The notes below the pieces were generated by a model that saw nothing but the letters and a program-made list of their open reading frames with translations, was not told where the DNA came from and made no database searches. The position numbers and the translations under genes were made by a program. This document shows, piece by piece, positions 1 to 10,378 of a stretch of 64,000 nucleotides of DNA (position 1 is its first letter; every line of letters starts with the position of its first letter). The stretch is from an uncultured Alphaproteobacteria bacterium (GTDB lineage: Bacteria; Pseudomonadota; Alphaproteobacteria; Rhizobiales; Beijerinckiaceae): the NCBI GenBank assembly GCA_963748545.1, contig CAVVJO010000018.1:18535-82534 (forward strand), written 5' to 3'.

Positions 1-268
1 GCTGTTTAAGGGGGCGACGCCCATCTGAGTTTGCCGCGGCGTTTCGTCTGGCTTTCCTGCAACCATAACTCGTCAATATTCAAGATCTTAGTTTAGAAAG
101 CGCTCCCCTCAGGGGGCTAAAGCCCGTATTTCCAAAGGCCCTAATCGGTACGGCTAAAACAGCTTGCGGAAAAACTTCGATTCACGAGGGTTTTGGGAAG
201 GGCACGAGTTTACTCAAAGATTGTGCACTTGACACAAGGTTGCCTTTGTAGTATTGTCTGAAATGTGA

Positions 269-415
269 TTAGACATTCTTTTTCGGCTTCCTCTTCGGCG
301 CTGGCTCTTCGCGCAGATGTTTCCGCACTGATTTCACTATCTCAGGATGGAAGAGGTGTTTCAGTGCCTCTTCGTCCGTCATCTCCATCGCGTGTTTCTT
401 CGATTTCTTTGGCAT
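269..415 (-). CDS. hypothetical small Lys-rich protein (48 aa)
   Basis: ATG at 413-415 inside track ORF 269..523. Sequence MPKKSKKHAMEMTDEEALKHLFHPEIVKSVRKHLREEPAPKRKPKKNV. Sits in low-GC DNA beside an IS remnant. No domain recognised. Confidence 0.3.
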   Translation of the reverse strand: MPKKSKKHAMEMTDEEALKHLFHPEIVKSVRKHLREEPAPKRKPKKNV

Positions 416-459
416 CGGTGATCCTATGAAAGAAGCAATCGATCTCTGTGGGCTGATAG

Positions 460-810
460 ATGAGTTTTGGTGACGATCAGCAGTGCCGCAACTATCTTGA
501 GCAGCTACGCTGGCCGCAGGCACGCAGTGCCCTCAATGCGAAAGCAAGGAGATTTCCTCGATCCTAAAGCGTGACCAGTACAATTGCGATAACGAATCAT
601 GCCGCTATCAGTTCTCCGTAACGGCGGGAACGATCTTTCACGATACTCATCTGCCGCTGGTAAAGTGGTTTCTCGCTGACGTACATGATGTGCCAGTCCC
701 GCAAGGGAATGAGTGCCAACCAACTTAAGCGGATGCTCCGAATCAACTACCGCACCGCTTGGTATCTCTGCCACCGCATTCGGCACGCCATGACCGAAGA
801 ACAGCCCCAA
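460..810 (+). mobile_element. IS1595-family transposase gene remnant (N-terminal Zn-ribbon/HTH part only; DDE domain absent)
   Basis: Reading across two frame breaks (~520, ~680) gives MSFGDDQQCRNYLEQLRWPQ.TQCPQCESKE...[62 protein letters not shown]. This is the typical IS1595 N-terminus. Homology stops at ~810, where an antisense ABC ATPase fragment begins. Confidence 0.75.
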
Positions 811-812
811 GA

Positions 813-1028
813 GCCCGAAAGCAGGCGCAGCACCGTCGACTTGCCGCAGCCCGAGGGTCCGAGCAGGGACAGAAACTCTCCAGAACGGATTTCAAGGTCG
901 AGCCCGGTCAGCGCGACGACCCGGTTGGCGAACACCTTGTCGACCTTCCGGAACGTCGCCAACGCCGGGGCGCGCGCCTTGGCGGGCGTTTGTCCTCCCG
1001 CGGACGGAAATGTGACCACTTTGGTCAT
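813..1028 (-). pseudogene. ABC transporter ATP-binding protein, N-terminal fragment only
   Basis: Track ORF 747..1028 starts MTKVVTF...[47 protein letters not shown], containing Walker A. The sequence then loses ABC character exactly where the IS1595 remnant abuts. Confidence 0.7.
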
Positions 1029-1353
1029 TCGTCCACCTGAACCACGGGCCCACGGACCATCGACGATGGAGTTCTGGGGGCTGCGGAAGAAACTCGGGCG
1101 CGAAGACAGAGTTCCGAAATCCCGCGCGAGCCGGCGTGCATCCTATGACCGCCGCCATTTCGCCCCCTCGTTGAGCCGCGTCCTCCGGGACGCCTTCTCT
1201 TCCTAAACTCTATCGAGATCAGGCGAAACGGTCAAACACCTCCGTTCTTCACACCCGTCCGCGGCGCGGTCCTTGACGACTCGAGTTGGGCTGTGTGCGA
1301 TTTGCTGGACCGCGGCGGCGGCTCGAGCCGGCGGCCTGAGAGGTTCCGGATTG

Positions 1354-2091
1354 ATGGCCAGAGATTACGTCGACGACACGCTACGAATTCCGAATCTGGA
1401 TTGGCTATTTCCCAATATGGCGGAATTCGACCGGAGCGTGACGACCTGGCCGTGGCTTCGCCGGGACGTCGATCACCAGGATCGGGCCACTGGTGCTATC
1501 CGATTGTCGGGTTCATCTCAACGGGGACGAGGCGTCGATCCTCACCGCCAACGCGCGCCTCTTCGCCGGACGGGCGGGGCTCGAGATCGGCGCCTGGCGC
1601 GGCTGGTCGACGGCCCATCTCCTCACCGCGGGCCTCGGCGCCTCTGCACGTCGTCGAACCGCTGCTCGCCGACCCCGAATGGCGGGCAGAGTTTTCAGCC
1701 GTGGCTCTGAGCGGTCGGCGGCGCCTATTCGGCGATCTCGTCGCGGACTAGAGTTTGGGGGCAATGTTGTCCGCCTCGGTCAGTCCGGGGTGGGTGGGCC
1801 GTTTGCTTTATTCAGCACTGCGACGACGGCACGGCTCAGCGCCGCCGCTCGCCGCCGCTCGCCTGCCCGCCTGGCCCGCGGCCGCCCAAAAAGGCCAAAC
1901 CGCATGTGGCGAACGGGTTGCGCGCGTTCGAGCAATCCGGCTGGCGCGTCATGGCGTATCAGACGGCGCAGATGATCGGGGTCGCCTGGCGCGGCGACGT
2001 CGCGCCGGTCGGCCACAAGCCGGACCCGACCCAGAGTTGGAGCGTACCGGACCATTTGAGAGGGATCTCGATCGCCGGCGGCGGCGGTTGA
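1354..2091 (+). pseudogene. class I SAM-dependent methyltransferase (Methyltransf_24-like), multiply frameshifted
   Basis: Recognisable pieces lie in three frames: MARDYVDDTLRIPNLDWLFPNMAEFDRSVTTWPWLRRDVDH; VHLNGDEASILTANARLFAGRAGLEIGAWRGWSTAHLLTAGLG; PFALFS..DG.H.GSAP; VANGLRAFEQSGWRVMAYQTAQMIGVAWRGD... with stop at 2091. Confidence 0.45.
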
Positions 2092-2130
2092 CGTCAACCG
2101 AAAGAGGGAGGCCGGAAAAATGGTTTCGAT

Positions 2131-2655
2131 TTGGGGCCCAAGGCCATTGTGACAATTGCGGCCGCCCTCTGCGGGCTCGCCGCTCCTGCGCTCGCCGACG
2201 ACGCGCAGATCGCGCGCGGCAAGTATCTCGTCACGATTGCCGGATGTTCCGATTGCCATACGCCGGGCGCCCTTTCTCGGCAGCCCCGACATGAAGCGCT
2301 ATCTCGCCGGATCGGACGTGGGCTTCTGGATCCCCGGCCAAGGGGTGTTCGTCGGCAACAATCTCACGCCGGACGCGGACACCGGCCTCGGCAAATGGAC
2401 CGCCGAACAGATTGTCATCGCCATCACCGCCGGCAAGCGTCCGGACGGGAGCCAGCTCAGCGGCGTGATGCCCTACGCTTCGTTCGCGCATCTCACCGAC
2501 GACGACGCCAAGGCCATCGCGGCCTTCCTTCAAGAGCCTGCCGCCCGTCCACAACGCGATCGTGTCCGACAAGCTGAGGGGACACCGTCCCGATCGCGGT
2601 CTCGGCGGTGCTGCCGCCTCCGGTCTACAATGCGCTTCCGGCGGCGCAGAAGTAG
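2131..2655 (+). pseudogene. c-type cytochrome (class I, CxxCH), about 3 frame breaks
   Basis: Signal peptide MGPKAIVTIAAALCGLAAPALA followed by GCSDCHTPG. Continues in other frames as DMKRYLAGSDVGFWIPGQGVFVGNNLTPDADTGLGKWTAEQIVIAITAGKRPDGSQLSGVMPYASFAHLTDDDAKAIAAFLQ, then LPPVHNAIVSDKLR, then VPIAVSAVLPPPVYNALPAAQK*. Breaks at ~2270, ~2534, ~2586. Confidence 0.6.
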
Positions 2656-2746
2656 CCGCCGCATAGCCGCTGGCGCGAGGCGCGGAGATCCGGCGTCCGG
2701 TTTGGACTCCTAGTTCTTCGGCCGGAGATCGAGGCCGACGCCCTTG

Positions 2747-3713
2747 TTAACGAATCGAAGGGTATAGGCCTGCTTGATAGTCGATGACCTCCTTCACCAC
2801 GCCGGCCTCCACCATCTTGTCGTAAAAGTCCTTCCAGCGCTCGTCGGTCATCGCCCCGATGCCTTTGGTCAGGTGTCGCCGGAATCGACGATGCCGTATT
2901 CCTTCAGCTTGGCGATCGAGAAGGCGATCTCCTCGTCGGTCAGCTCGGGATTCTGCTTCTTGATTTCGGCGTTCGCCTTGGAATTGTCGCCGTAGAGGTA
3001 ATGATACCAGCCGATAGCGGAAGCGCCTGACGAAGCGCTGCACCATATCCGGGTTCTTCTCGACGATCTCCCGGCGCGTCATGATCTGGGTCGAATAGGT
3101 GTCGTAGCCGTGGTCGGCGAGCAGGAAGACGTTGGGCTTGAACCCGCCCTGGCGCTCCACTTCGAACGGCTCGGAGGTGGCGTAGCCCTGCTGGATCGAG
3201 TGCTTGTCGACGATGAAGGGCGCCGAGTTGAAGTTGTAGGGCTTGATGTTGTCGTCCTTGAACCCGAAGGCGATGCGCATCCAGGCCCAGAAGGTGTTGA
3301 TCGCGCCGGCGCTGACGAAGGCCGGACTGGCGTTCGGCAGGTCTTCCCACTTGTCGAGCCCGACGCCGGGATGCGACATGAAGCACTGCGGATTCTTCTG
3401 GAAGTCGGCGGCGACGGTGACGGTCGGAATGTTGTTCTGCACGTTCAGGAAGTCGCCGATCATGTCTCCGCCCATGAAGAACTCGATCTTTCCTGCGATG
3501 AGCAGCATGCCGCCGTTGGCGCTCGGGCCTCCCTGCAGGATGGTGACGTCGAGACCGAATTTCTCGTAGGTGCCGTCGACCAAAGCCTGAAAAGTAGCCG
3601 CCCGCCTCCGGATCGGCGAGCCAGTCGGTGCCGAACGTCACCTTGTCGAGCGCCAGGGCCGGCCCGGCGAGGCCCAAAGTCGCAAGCAAGCCCGCGATGA
3701 TCGCAACGCGCAT
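2747..3713 (-). pseudogene. ABC transporter substrate-binding protein, NMT1/THI5-like (nitrate/sulfonate/bicarbonate family), 3 frame breaks
   Basis: SD GGAG plus ATG at 3713. MRVAIIAGLLATLGLAGPALALDKVTFGTDWLADPEAGGYF, then after a shift at the T-run 3590-3593, LVDGTYEKFGLDVTILQGGPSANGG...SEPFEVERQGGFKPNVFLLADHGYDTYSTQIMTRREIVEKNPDMVQRFV. An out-of-frame stretch lies between ~3021 and ~2872, then TKGIGAMTDERWKDFYDKMVEAGVVKEVIDYQAGLYPSIR*. Confidence 0.7.
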
Positions 3714-3940
3714 CCGACAATTCTCCTTCGTTTCGCTCCGGAAGGCGCCGAAACGCATGCGATGCCTCCCATCTTTGGAGAGGCTTCGACCCCCGCCCGC
3801 GACGTCCGCGAGCAGCGCCTCTGCGAGCCCCCTTCGAGGGGGTACCATACGAATGCGATTCGCTCCCGTCGATTTGAAAGTTCACGAAGCCGTGTTCCTG
3901 AGGCCTATCGGCCGGACATCGGTCAAAACGGAGTTTCCGC

Positions 3941-5272
3941 ATGCGCATCTGGATCAAGGACCCGCTCGCGATTCTCGCGCCCGACGCCGAGCGCGGAGTC
4001 GTCGTCGACGGCGACGAGATCGTCGAATGCATCCCGCGCGGACGCTCTCCGGCCGCGCCATGCGGGCTGACGTTCGACGCCTCCCGCCATGTCGTGCTGC
4101 CGGGCCTCGTCAATACGCATCATCATTTCGATCAGATGCTCACCCGCGCTCACCCCGCGGGCGAAGGCAAGGACCTGATCCCCTGGCTCGTGGCGATGGA
4201 GCGGATATGGGACCGGATGACGCCCGAAGCGATGGGCCTCGCGGTCCGCATGGCGCTGGTCGAGCTCCTGTTGTCGGGCTGCACGACGTCGGCCGACCAT
4301 CACAATCTGTTCCCGCGGGGTCTCGAGCACGCGATCGACATCGAGGTCGAGGAGGCCAAGGCGATCGGCTTGCGGATGACGGTCACGCGCGGCTCAATGG
4401 GCATCTCCGAGAAGGACGGCGGCCTTCAGCCGGACTCGATCGTGCAAAGCTCGGATGAGATCCTCAGGGACAGCGAGCGCGTGCTCAACCGCTACCACGA
4501 TCCAAAGCCCGGCGCGTTGGTGCAAGTCGCGCTCGCGCCCTGCTCGCCGCTGGCCACGCCCTTGCGCGTGTTGTCGGAATCCGCCGCGCTCGCCGAAGCG
4601 CACGACGCGCGCCTGCATTGCCACCTCTGCCAGTCGCCGGACGAAGACGCCTATGCGATGCAGGCCTTCGGCAAGCGCTCAGTCGATCTTTTGCAGGACG
4701 CCGGCTGGCTTTCTCCCCGGACCTGGGTCGCGCACGGCGTCCATTTCAACGCCGATGAGATTGAGCGGCTCGGGCGCGCGGGGGTCGGCGTCTCTCATCT
4801 GGCCTCCTCGGACATGGCTTTCGGCGTCGGGATCTGCCCGACACGGGAACTCGAAGCGGCGGGCGTCCCCGTCAGCCTCGGCGTCGACGGCTCGGCCTCG
4901 AACGATTCCTCGAACGTCATGGAGGAGGCGCGCCACGCGCTGATGCTGCAACGCGCCCGGTACGGCCACGCGGCGATCGGCCCGTATGACGCGCTGCGCT
5001 GGGCGACCGAGGGCGGCGCCCACTGCCTCGGCCGCGCCGACATCGGCCGGATCGGCGCGGGCCTGCAAGCCGATCTCGCGCTCTATCGCCTCGACGAGCC
5101 GCGCTTCTCGGGCGCGCAGGATCCGATCGCCGCGCTCGTCCTCTGCGGCGCCCACGCCGCCGACCGCGTCATGGTCGCGGGCCGGTGGCGGGTCATCGAC
5201 GGGCGGCCCGAGGGCGTCGACCTCGAGGCACTGATCGCCAGGCATAAGGCGGCGGCGAAGGCGTTCGCCTGA
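3941..5272 (+). CDS. amidohydrolase, 8-oxoguanine deaminase / hydroxydechloroatrazine ethylaminohydrolase-like
   Basis: Intact 443-aa ORF with SD. Metal-binding HxH (LVNTHHHF). Overall pattern of cytosine/guanine-deaminase-type amidohydrolases (GVDGSASND, ADLALY). Confidence 0.8.
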   Translation: MRIWIKDPLAILAPDAERGVVVDGDEIVECIPRGRSPAAPCGLTFDASRHVVLPGLVNTHHHFDQMLTRAHPAGEGKDLIPWLVAMERIWDRMTPEAMGLAVRMALVELLLSGCTTSADHHNLFPRGLEHAIDIEVEEAKAIGLRMTVTRGSMGISEKDGGLQPDSIVQSSDEILRDSERVLNRYHDPKPGALVQVALAPCSPLATPLRVLSESAALAEAHDARLHCHLCQSPDEDAYAMQAFGKRSVDLLQDAGWLSPRTWVAHGVHFNADEIERLGRAGVGVSHLASSDMAFGVGICPTRELEAAGVPVSLGVDGSASNDSSNVMEEARHALMLQRARYGHAAIGPYDALRWATEGGAHCLGRADIGRIGAGLQADLALYRLDEPRFSGAQDPIAALVLCGAHAADRVMVAGRWRVIDGRPEGVDLEALIARHKAAAKAFA

Positions 5273-5282
5273 CCGGCGAGGC

Positions 5283-5843
5283 TTACGGCTCGCCCCGCTT
5301 CTTGCGGTAGACGACGTAGCGACGGAGAGGATCGTCTGGCCTGCGATGCTCGCGCTCGAAGTCGTCGGCGGGATCGTGCGTCATGCCGATCCGCTCCATG
5401 ACACGCCGCGACGGCGCATTGACGGCAACGGCGTAAGCGACGATTTCCGCCAGATCGAGCCTCCCGAATCCGTCGGCGAGCGCGGCGCGCGCGCCCTCGG
5501 TCGCGTAGCCGTAGCCCCAATAGTTGCGCGCCAGACGCCACCCGGCCTCGACCGCCGGCCCAAACGGCACTTCCGTTCCGATGTGCAGCAAGCCGACGAA
5601 GCCGATGAAGCGCGACACGCCAGGAACCTCCGCGGCCCAGAAGCCGAAACCGTGCTGTTCGATGTGCTTCTGGAACGTCGCCGCCTGAGCGTCGCTGTCT
5701 TCGCGGCTGAGCGTCGCCGGCCAGTAGCGACGCACTTCCGGATCGGCGTTCAGCGCAGCGTAGGGCGCGAAGTCCTCCTCCCGCCAGGGTCGAAGAATGA
5801 GGCGGGGGGTTTTGATGACGAAGTCTGGCATCTGAGCGATCAT
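5283..5843 (-). CDS. GNAT family N-acetyltransferase (RimJ/RimL-like)
   Basis: MIAQMPDFVIKTPRLILRPWREEDFAPYAALNADPEVRRYW...NYWGYGYATEGARAAL...NAPSRRVMERIGM. The ATG overlaps the lpxB stop (ATGA). Confidence 0.85.
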   Translation of the reverse strand: MIAQMPDFVIKTPRLILRPWREEDFAPYAALNADPEVRRYWPATLSREDSDAQAATFQKHIEQHGFGFWAAEVPGVSRFIGFVGLLHIGTEVPFGPAVEAGWRLARNYWGYGYATEGARAALADGFGRLDLAEIVAYAVAVNAPSRRVMERIGMTHDPADDFEREHRRPDDPLRRYVVYRKKRGEP

Positions 5844-7072
5844 TGATGGGCGGAGGAAATCTCTTTCCGGTTCTCTGGCGCTTGCGCCGGCGACAAGCCG
5901 CGCCGCGCGGCCATCGTCTCCATGACCGCCCGCGCTGCGTGCGCGCTCGGCGCCCCGGCGTCGGACAGGCGCATAGCCGCATCGAGCCGCGCAAGCCCCT
6001 CGATTTGGGCCTCGCGCTCGGGGCCGTCGCGGAGGATCGCTGCGAGATCGACCGCAAGCGCTGTCGGCGTGCAGGCGCGCTGTAGCTTTTCGGGAATCGT
6101 CCGGTCGGCGAGGATCAGGTTCGGCAGCAGGATCGATGGGACCTTGATCAAGAACTTCAGCTGCTCCTCGACAATCCCGACCTTGTAGGCGCCGACCAGC
6201 GGCACGCCGGAGAGCGCAAGCTCGAGCGTCACCGTGCCGGAGGCGGCGAGCGCCGCGCGCGCGGTGCGGAAGGCCTCGAATTTCGCCTGCTCGCCGAGCA
6301 CGATCCGCGGCGCGACAGGCCACAGCGCGGCGCGCGCGCGCACCTCCTCCTCGATATGCGGCAGGGTCGGAAGGATGGCGGTGAACGGCCCAATCTCCGC
6401 TTGCAGCGCGCCCAGCGCGGCGCCGAAATCGGCCATCAGCCGGCGGATCTCCGAGCGGCGCGAGCCCGGAAGCACCACCAGCACGGGCGGTTCGGCGTTG
6501 CGTCGTCGCGCCTCGTCCTCGTTGGGCCTGAGTTCATCAAGCCGCTCGATCAGCGGGTGCCCGACATAGACGCAGCGCGGGCCTCCGAGCCGCACATAGG
6601 CGTCCGGCTCGAAGGGCAGGAGGCCGAGCACGCAATCGACATAGGGCAGCATCGCCTTGGCGCGGCCGGGCCGCCAGGCCCAGACGGTGGGACTCACGTA
6701 GTCGATGATCGGCAGGTCGGGCAGCGCCTTGCGCACCTTTCGCGCGACGCGGTGGGTAAAGTCGGGGCTGTCGATGACGACGAGCGCGTCCGGCCGTTCC
6801 GCAATGATCGCTTCGGCCGTCTGACGGATGCGCTTGACGAGCGTCGGCAGGCGGGCGACCACCGGCAAGAGCCCCATGACGGCGATGTCGCCGATCGGAA
6901 ACAGGCTTTCGAGGCCTTCGGCTTCCATCGCCTCGCCGCCGACGCCGGTGAACGCGACGCCCGCGGGGTTGGCTTCGCGGAGCGCCCGCATCAGCTTGAA
7001 ACCGAGCTGGTCGCCGGAATGTTCGCCAGCGACCAGAGCGATGCGCAGCGGTCGATCCCGCTCGAGGGTCAC
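5840..7072 (-). CDS. lpxB: lipid-A-disaccharide synthase
   Basis: LRIALVAGEHSGDQLGFKLMRALR...VVIDSPDFTHRVARKVRK...VLPGSRRSEIRRL...ASGTVTLELALSGVPLVGAYK. The GTG start overlaps the lpxI stop (GTGA at 7069-7072). The track ORF extends further upstream as a shadow. Confidence 0.9.
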   Translation of the reverse strand: MTLERDRPLRIALVAGEHSGDQLGFKLMRALREANPAGVAFTGVGGEAMEAEGLESLFPIGDIAVMGLLPVVARLPTLVKRIRQTAEAIIAERPDALVVIDSPDFTHRVARKVRKALPDLPIIDYVSPTVWAWRPGRAKAMLPYVDCVLGLLPFEPDAYVRLGGPRCVYVGHPLIERLDELRPNEDEARRRNAEPPVLVVLPGSRRSEIRRLMADFGAALGALQAEIGPFTAILPTLPHIEEEVRARAALWPVAPRIVLGEQAKFEAFRTARAALAASGTVTLELALSGVPLVGAYKVGIVEEQLKFLIKVPSILLPNLILADRTIPEKLQRACTPTALAVDLAAILRDGPEREAQIEGLARLDAAMRLSDAGAPSAHAARAVMETMAARRGLSPAQAPENRKEISSAHQ

Positions 7073-7932
7073 GCCGCAAATCCGGTGATGAACAGACCCG
7101 CTGCCTCGGCGTCGCGCAGGCAGCGCTCGCGCTCGACGATGAGAACCGCCCCGGCCGCCAGCGCGAGCCCGCAAAGACCGGCCCGCGCCGCCCCGGCAAT
7201 TGTGTCGGGGCCGATCGCCGGCATGTCGAGCCGCAGGTCCTGCCCGCGCTTCGGCGTCTTGACCAGGACGCCGGCCCGCCCCTTGTGCCGAAGCCGCCCG
7301 CTTTGGCGCATCTCGGCCACGCGCGCGAGCATCGCGTCGGTGCCCTCGGCCGCCTCGATCGCCAGCACCCTGCCGGCCGCGACCACGGCGCATTGGCCGA
7401 CGTCGAAATCGGACAGCGCCGCGATCAGCCGCGCGCCGAAGGCGATGTCGGCGTCGTCCTCGGGGCTGGGGCCGCGTCCGCAGAGTCGGCCGGCCGGCGC
7501 AACCAGGCGCGGCGCGATCTCATGCGCGCCGACGATCCGCACGCCCTCGCGTTCAAAGATCGCAGCGAGCCCGACGAGGAGGCCGTTGTCGCCGCGTCGG
7601 AAGAGTTGCGCCAGTTCGCCCGCTCGCTTGACCGCGCCCCAGTCGAGCCTGAGCTCGGCGAGCTCCGGCCGGGTGATCGCGCCCACCATGGCCATCTCGG
7701 TGGCGCCGTGGCCCTTGAGGGCGGCGAACAGCTTGCCGACCTCGCCGAGCCTGACCCAGGCGTGCGGATAGGCCTCGATGGCCGCGTCGGACACGCCGGT
7801 CACGCCGATCATCAGCGGCTCACGCCCGGCCCGGCGGGCGTCGGCCGCCACCTCGAGCGGAAAGGCGCCGGCGCCGCAGAGGATTGCGAGGGGCTCAGGC
7901 GCGACCGCTGGTCCGCCTGCCGGCGCGTTCAC
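7069..7932 (-). CDS. lpxI: UDP-2,3-diacylglucosamine diphosphatase LpxI (DUF1009)
   Basis: PLAILCGAGAFPLEVA...GQCAVVAAGRVLAIEAAEGTDAMLARV...GVLVKTPKRGQDLRLDMPAIGPDT. Located between lpxA and lpxB as in alphaproteobacteria. The GTG start overlaps the lpxA stop. Confidence 0.85.
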   Translation of the reverse strand: MNAPAGGPAVAPEPLAILCGAGAFPLEVAADARRAGREPLMIGVTGVSDAAIEAYPHAWVRLGEVGKLFAALKGHGATEMAMVGAITRPELAELRLDWGAVKRAGELAQLFRRGDNGLLVGLAAIFEREGVRIVGAHEIAPRLVAPAGRLCGRGPSPEDDADIAFGARLIAALSDFDVGQCAVVAAGRVLAIEAAEGTDAMLARVAEMRQSGRLRHKGRAGVLVKTPKRGQDLRLDMPAIGPDTIAGAARAGLCGLALAAGAVLIVERERCLRDAEAAGLFITGFAA

Positions 7933-8738
7933 GCCTCCTCGCCCTTGATGTCGCGGGGGATGCAAATCGCCCGGTCGCCGCCTGCGCTGAGGAAGGCCAC
8001 CACCTGCTGCACCGCTTCCTGATCGGGAAAAGCCTCGGCGACGTCGCCGACGCGTTCCTTGAGCGTGCCTTTGCCGAAGAACAGCATCTTGTAGGCGCGG
8101 CGGAGCTCGTGGATCGCTTCGTGCGAAAAACCGCGCCGCTTGAGGCCGACGAAATTCAATCCGGCAAGCGAGGCGCGATTGCCGAGCGCCATGCCGAACG
8201 GAATGAGGTCGTGCTCGACGCCCGCGAGACCCCCGACAAAGGCGTGCGCGCCGATGCGAACGAACTGATGCGCCGCCGCGCCGCCGCCGATGCTGGCGAA
8301 GTCGCCGACCTGCACATGGCCGGCGAGCATCACGTTGTTGGACAGGATCACCCCCTCGCCAACTCGGCAGTCGTGACCGACATGCGCGTTGGTGAGGAAC
8401 ACGCTGCGCGGACCGATGACGGTTTCCCCGCCGCCGCCCTCGGTGCCCGGGTTCATCGTCACATGCTCGCGGATCAGGCAGTCCTCGCCAACGACCAGGC
8501 GGTTTGGCTCGCCGCGGTATTTCAGGTCCTGCGGCTGATGGCCGATCGCGGCGAACGGGAAGATGCGCGTGCGGGCGCCGATGGTCGTGTCGCCGGCGAC
8601 GCTCACATGCGACACGAGGCTCACGCCGTCACCGAGCCTCGCCTTGGGGCCGACATGGCAGAACGGCCCGATCTGGACGTCGGCGCCGAGGCTCGCGCCG
8701 TCTTCGACCACCGAGCTCGGATGGATCTTGACCGTCAT
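7929..8738 (-). CDS. lpxA: acyl-ACP--UDP-N-acetylglucosamine O-acyltransferase
   Basis: [30 protein letters not shown]..., hexapeptide repeats, C-terminal [27 protein letters not shown]. The ATG overlaps the fabZ stop (ATGA). Confidence 0.92.
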   Translation of the reverse strand: MTVKIHPSSVVEDGASLGADVQIGPFCHVGPKARLGDGVSLVSHVSVAGDTTIGARTRIFPFAAIGHQPQDLKYRGEPNRLVVGEDCLIREHVTMNPGTEGGGGETVIGPRSVFLTNAHVGHDCRVGEGVILSNNVMLAGHVQVGDFASIGGGAAAHQFVRIGAHAFVGGLAGVEHDLIPFGMALGNRASLAGLNFVGLKRRGFSHEAIHELRRAYKMLFFGKGTLKERVGDVAEAFPDQEAVQQVVAFLSAGGDRAICIPRDIKGEEA

Positions 8739-9199
8739 TCGCGCACCAGCATGGCGGAGACTTCCGCCTCGCACACGAGCGCGCCGTCGACCTTGGCCTG
8801 GCCACGGAACCACCACATGTTCCGCTTCTTGGCGATCCGCGTCATCTCGAGCCTCACCTGATCGCCCGGGACGACGGGCTTCCTGAACTTCGCCTTGTCG
8901 ATGGTCATCAGATAGACGACGCTCGGCGGCCCGCCTGACGGCTGGGACGCCACGCAGAGCGCGCCGGCGGTCTGGGCCATGGCCTCGATCAGAAGCACGC
9001 CCGGCATCACCGGGCGGCTGGGAAAATGGCCCTGAAAATGCGGTTCGTTGACCGTCACGTTCTTGATCCCGACGCCGTACTCGTCGCCGCGCGCTTCGAC
9101 GATCCGATCGACGAGCAGGATCGGATAGCGGTGCGGCAACAACTGGAGCAGCCTCTGAATGTCGTAGCTCTCGATGACCTGACCCGTCGCCTCGTTCAT
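8735..9199 (-). CDS. fabZ: 3-hydroxyacyl-ACP dehydratase FabZ
   Basis: [16 protein letters not shown]...[26 protein letters not shown]. Start at MNEATG is preferred because of SD AAGGGGGA upstream. The alternative ATG at 9247 would overlap lpxD. Confidence 0.9.
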   Translation of the reverse strand: MNEATGQVIESYDIQRLLQLLPHRYPILLVDRIVEARGDEYGVGIKNVTVNEPHFQGHFPSRPVMPGVLLIEAMAQTAGALCVASQPSGGPPSVVYLMTIDKAKFRKPVVPGDQVRLEMTRIAKKRNMWWFRGQAKVDGALVCEAEVSAMLVRE

Positions 9200-9236
9200 T
9201 CCGTCCCCCTTTCCGTCCGGGTCTCGAGCCCCATGT

Positions 9237-10298
9237 TCATTGCTCATCCGAATGCTCCGAGTCCGTTCGGCCGGCCGCGAGCTTCTTGACCGCCGCGACT
9301 TCTCGGAAGAATTCGCGGATCGGCTTCGCCGGCGCTCCGCCCCAGCGCTCGCCCGCGGGAATGTCGGTCATCACGCCGGCCGCGGCTGCGACCTGCGCGC
9401 CGGCGCCGACCTTGAGATGGCCGGCGATACCCGCCTGGCCGCCGAGCGCGGCGAAGTCGCCGATCACGCTCGATCCGGATACGCCGGACTGCGAGACGAG
9501 CACGGCATGACGGCCGACGACGACATTATGCGCGATCATCACGAGATTATCGATCTTCGCGCCCTCCCCGATCACCGTGTCGCGATTGGCGCCGCGGTCG
9601 ATCGTCACGCCCGCGCCGATCTCGACGTCGTCCTGGATGATGACCCGGCCGACTTGCGGCACCTTGAGATGGCCGCGGGCGCCGAGCGCAAAGCCGAAAC
9701 CGTCCTGCCCGATATGCACGCCCGGATGGATGATCACCCGGTCGCCGATCAGCGCGGCCATGATCGTCGTGGTTGCGCCGACGGCGCCATTGCGGCCGAT
9801 CCGCACCCCCGGGCCGATGACCGTGTTGGCGCCAATCACCGTGCCCGCGCCGATCTCGGCGCCCCGTCCGATCACGGCGCCCGGATCGACGACGACGCCG
9901 GCCTCGAGCCGCGCAGAGGGATGGACATGCGCGGCGGCCGATACGCCGGCCTCGACGAACGCCGGTCCGGGCTTCATCGCCGACGGATAGAGCTTCGCCA
10001 TGACCTGCGCCATGGCCCGGTAAGGCTCGCGCGTAATCAGCGCCGCGCAACCGGGCGGCGCCGCTTCGGCGAACCGCGGCGCAACCAGCGCCGCGCTCGC
10101 GCGCGTCGTCCGGAACGCGTCGAGATACCGGGGATTGTCGAGGAAGGTCAGCTCGCCCGGGCCCGCCTGATCGAGCGCGGCGACATCCTCGACGATCAGG
10201 CTTCCGTCGGCTTCGGCGGCAAGCGTCGCGCCGCACCATTCCGCAACCTCGGCCAACGTGGGGGCGCAGCTTTGCGGAAAGAAACGGATCTTGGCCAA
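9237..10298 (-). CDS. lpxD: UDP-3-O-acylglucosamine N-acyltransferase
   Basis: 353-aa ORF with TTG start. N-terminal [24 protein letters not shown], long hexapeptide-repeat core, and the position upstream of fabZ. Confidence 0.9.
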   Translation of the reverse strand: MAKIRFFPQSCAPTLAEVAEWCGATLAAEADGSLIVEDVAALDQAGPGELTFLDNPRYLDAFRTTRASAALVAPRFAEAAPPGCAALITREPYRAMAQVMAKLYPSAMKPGPAFVEAGVSAAAHVHPSARLEAGVVVDPGAVIGRGAEIGAGTVIGANTVIGPGVRIGRNGAVGATTTIMAALIGDRVIIHPGVHIGQDGFGFALGARGHLKVPQVGRVIIQDDVEIGAGVTIDRGANRDTVIGEGAKIDNLVMIAHNVVVGRHAVLVSQSGVSGSSVIGDFAALGGQAGIAGHLKVGAGAQVAAAAGVMTDIPAGERWGGAPAKPIREFFREVAAVKKLAAGRTDSEHSDEQ

Positions 10299-10378
10299 AC
10301 GTGCGGTTCCGTCAGATGCGACGACGGGCGCGTCAGCTCGTGACGCGCCCGCATGATGTGGGACAGGGGACGTTCAGG

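Noticed and set aside
1-268. AT-richer leading segment that loosely resembles widespread REP-derived 'spurious ORF' repeats.
   Set aside because: This is only a vague resemblance from memory. There is no second copy in the window, no clear inverted repeats, and the segment is cut by the window edge.
3714-3940. Possible riboswitch (TPP or guanidine-I/ykkC) in the leader of the NMT1/THI5-type substrate-binding gene.
   Set aside because: I could not find the conserved cores on the minus strand (CUGAGA...ACCUGA for TPP; GGUCCGAGAG...ACGG for ykkC). A covariance-model scan would be needed to revisit this.
6356-7771. Long alternative-frame or antisense track ORFs. Examples: 6356..7771 +, 9240..10343 +, 19218..20234 +, 21885..23186 -, 32266..33885 +, 36442..37704 +, 43508..45469 +, 47205..48659 -, 53550..54644 -.
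   Set aside because: They lie opposite or overlapping genes with clear conserved products. They are Arg/Ala/Gly/Pro-rich and lack SDs or recognisable domains. This is the shadow-ORF behaviour expected in ~66% GC DNA.
10299-10378. Missing skp/ompH between bamA and lpxD as an anomaly.
   Set aside because: The 80-bp gap simply holds no gene. I do not know whether skp normally occupies this position in this lineage, so I cannot call its absence unusual.
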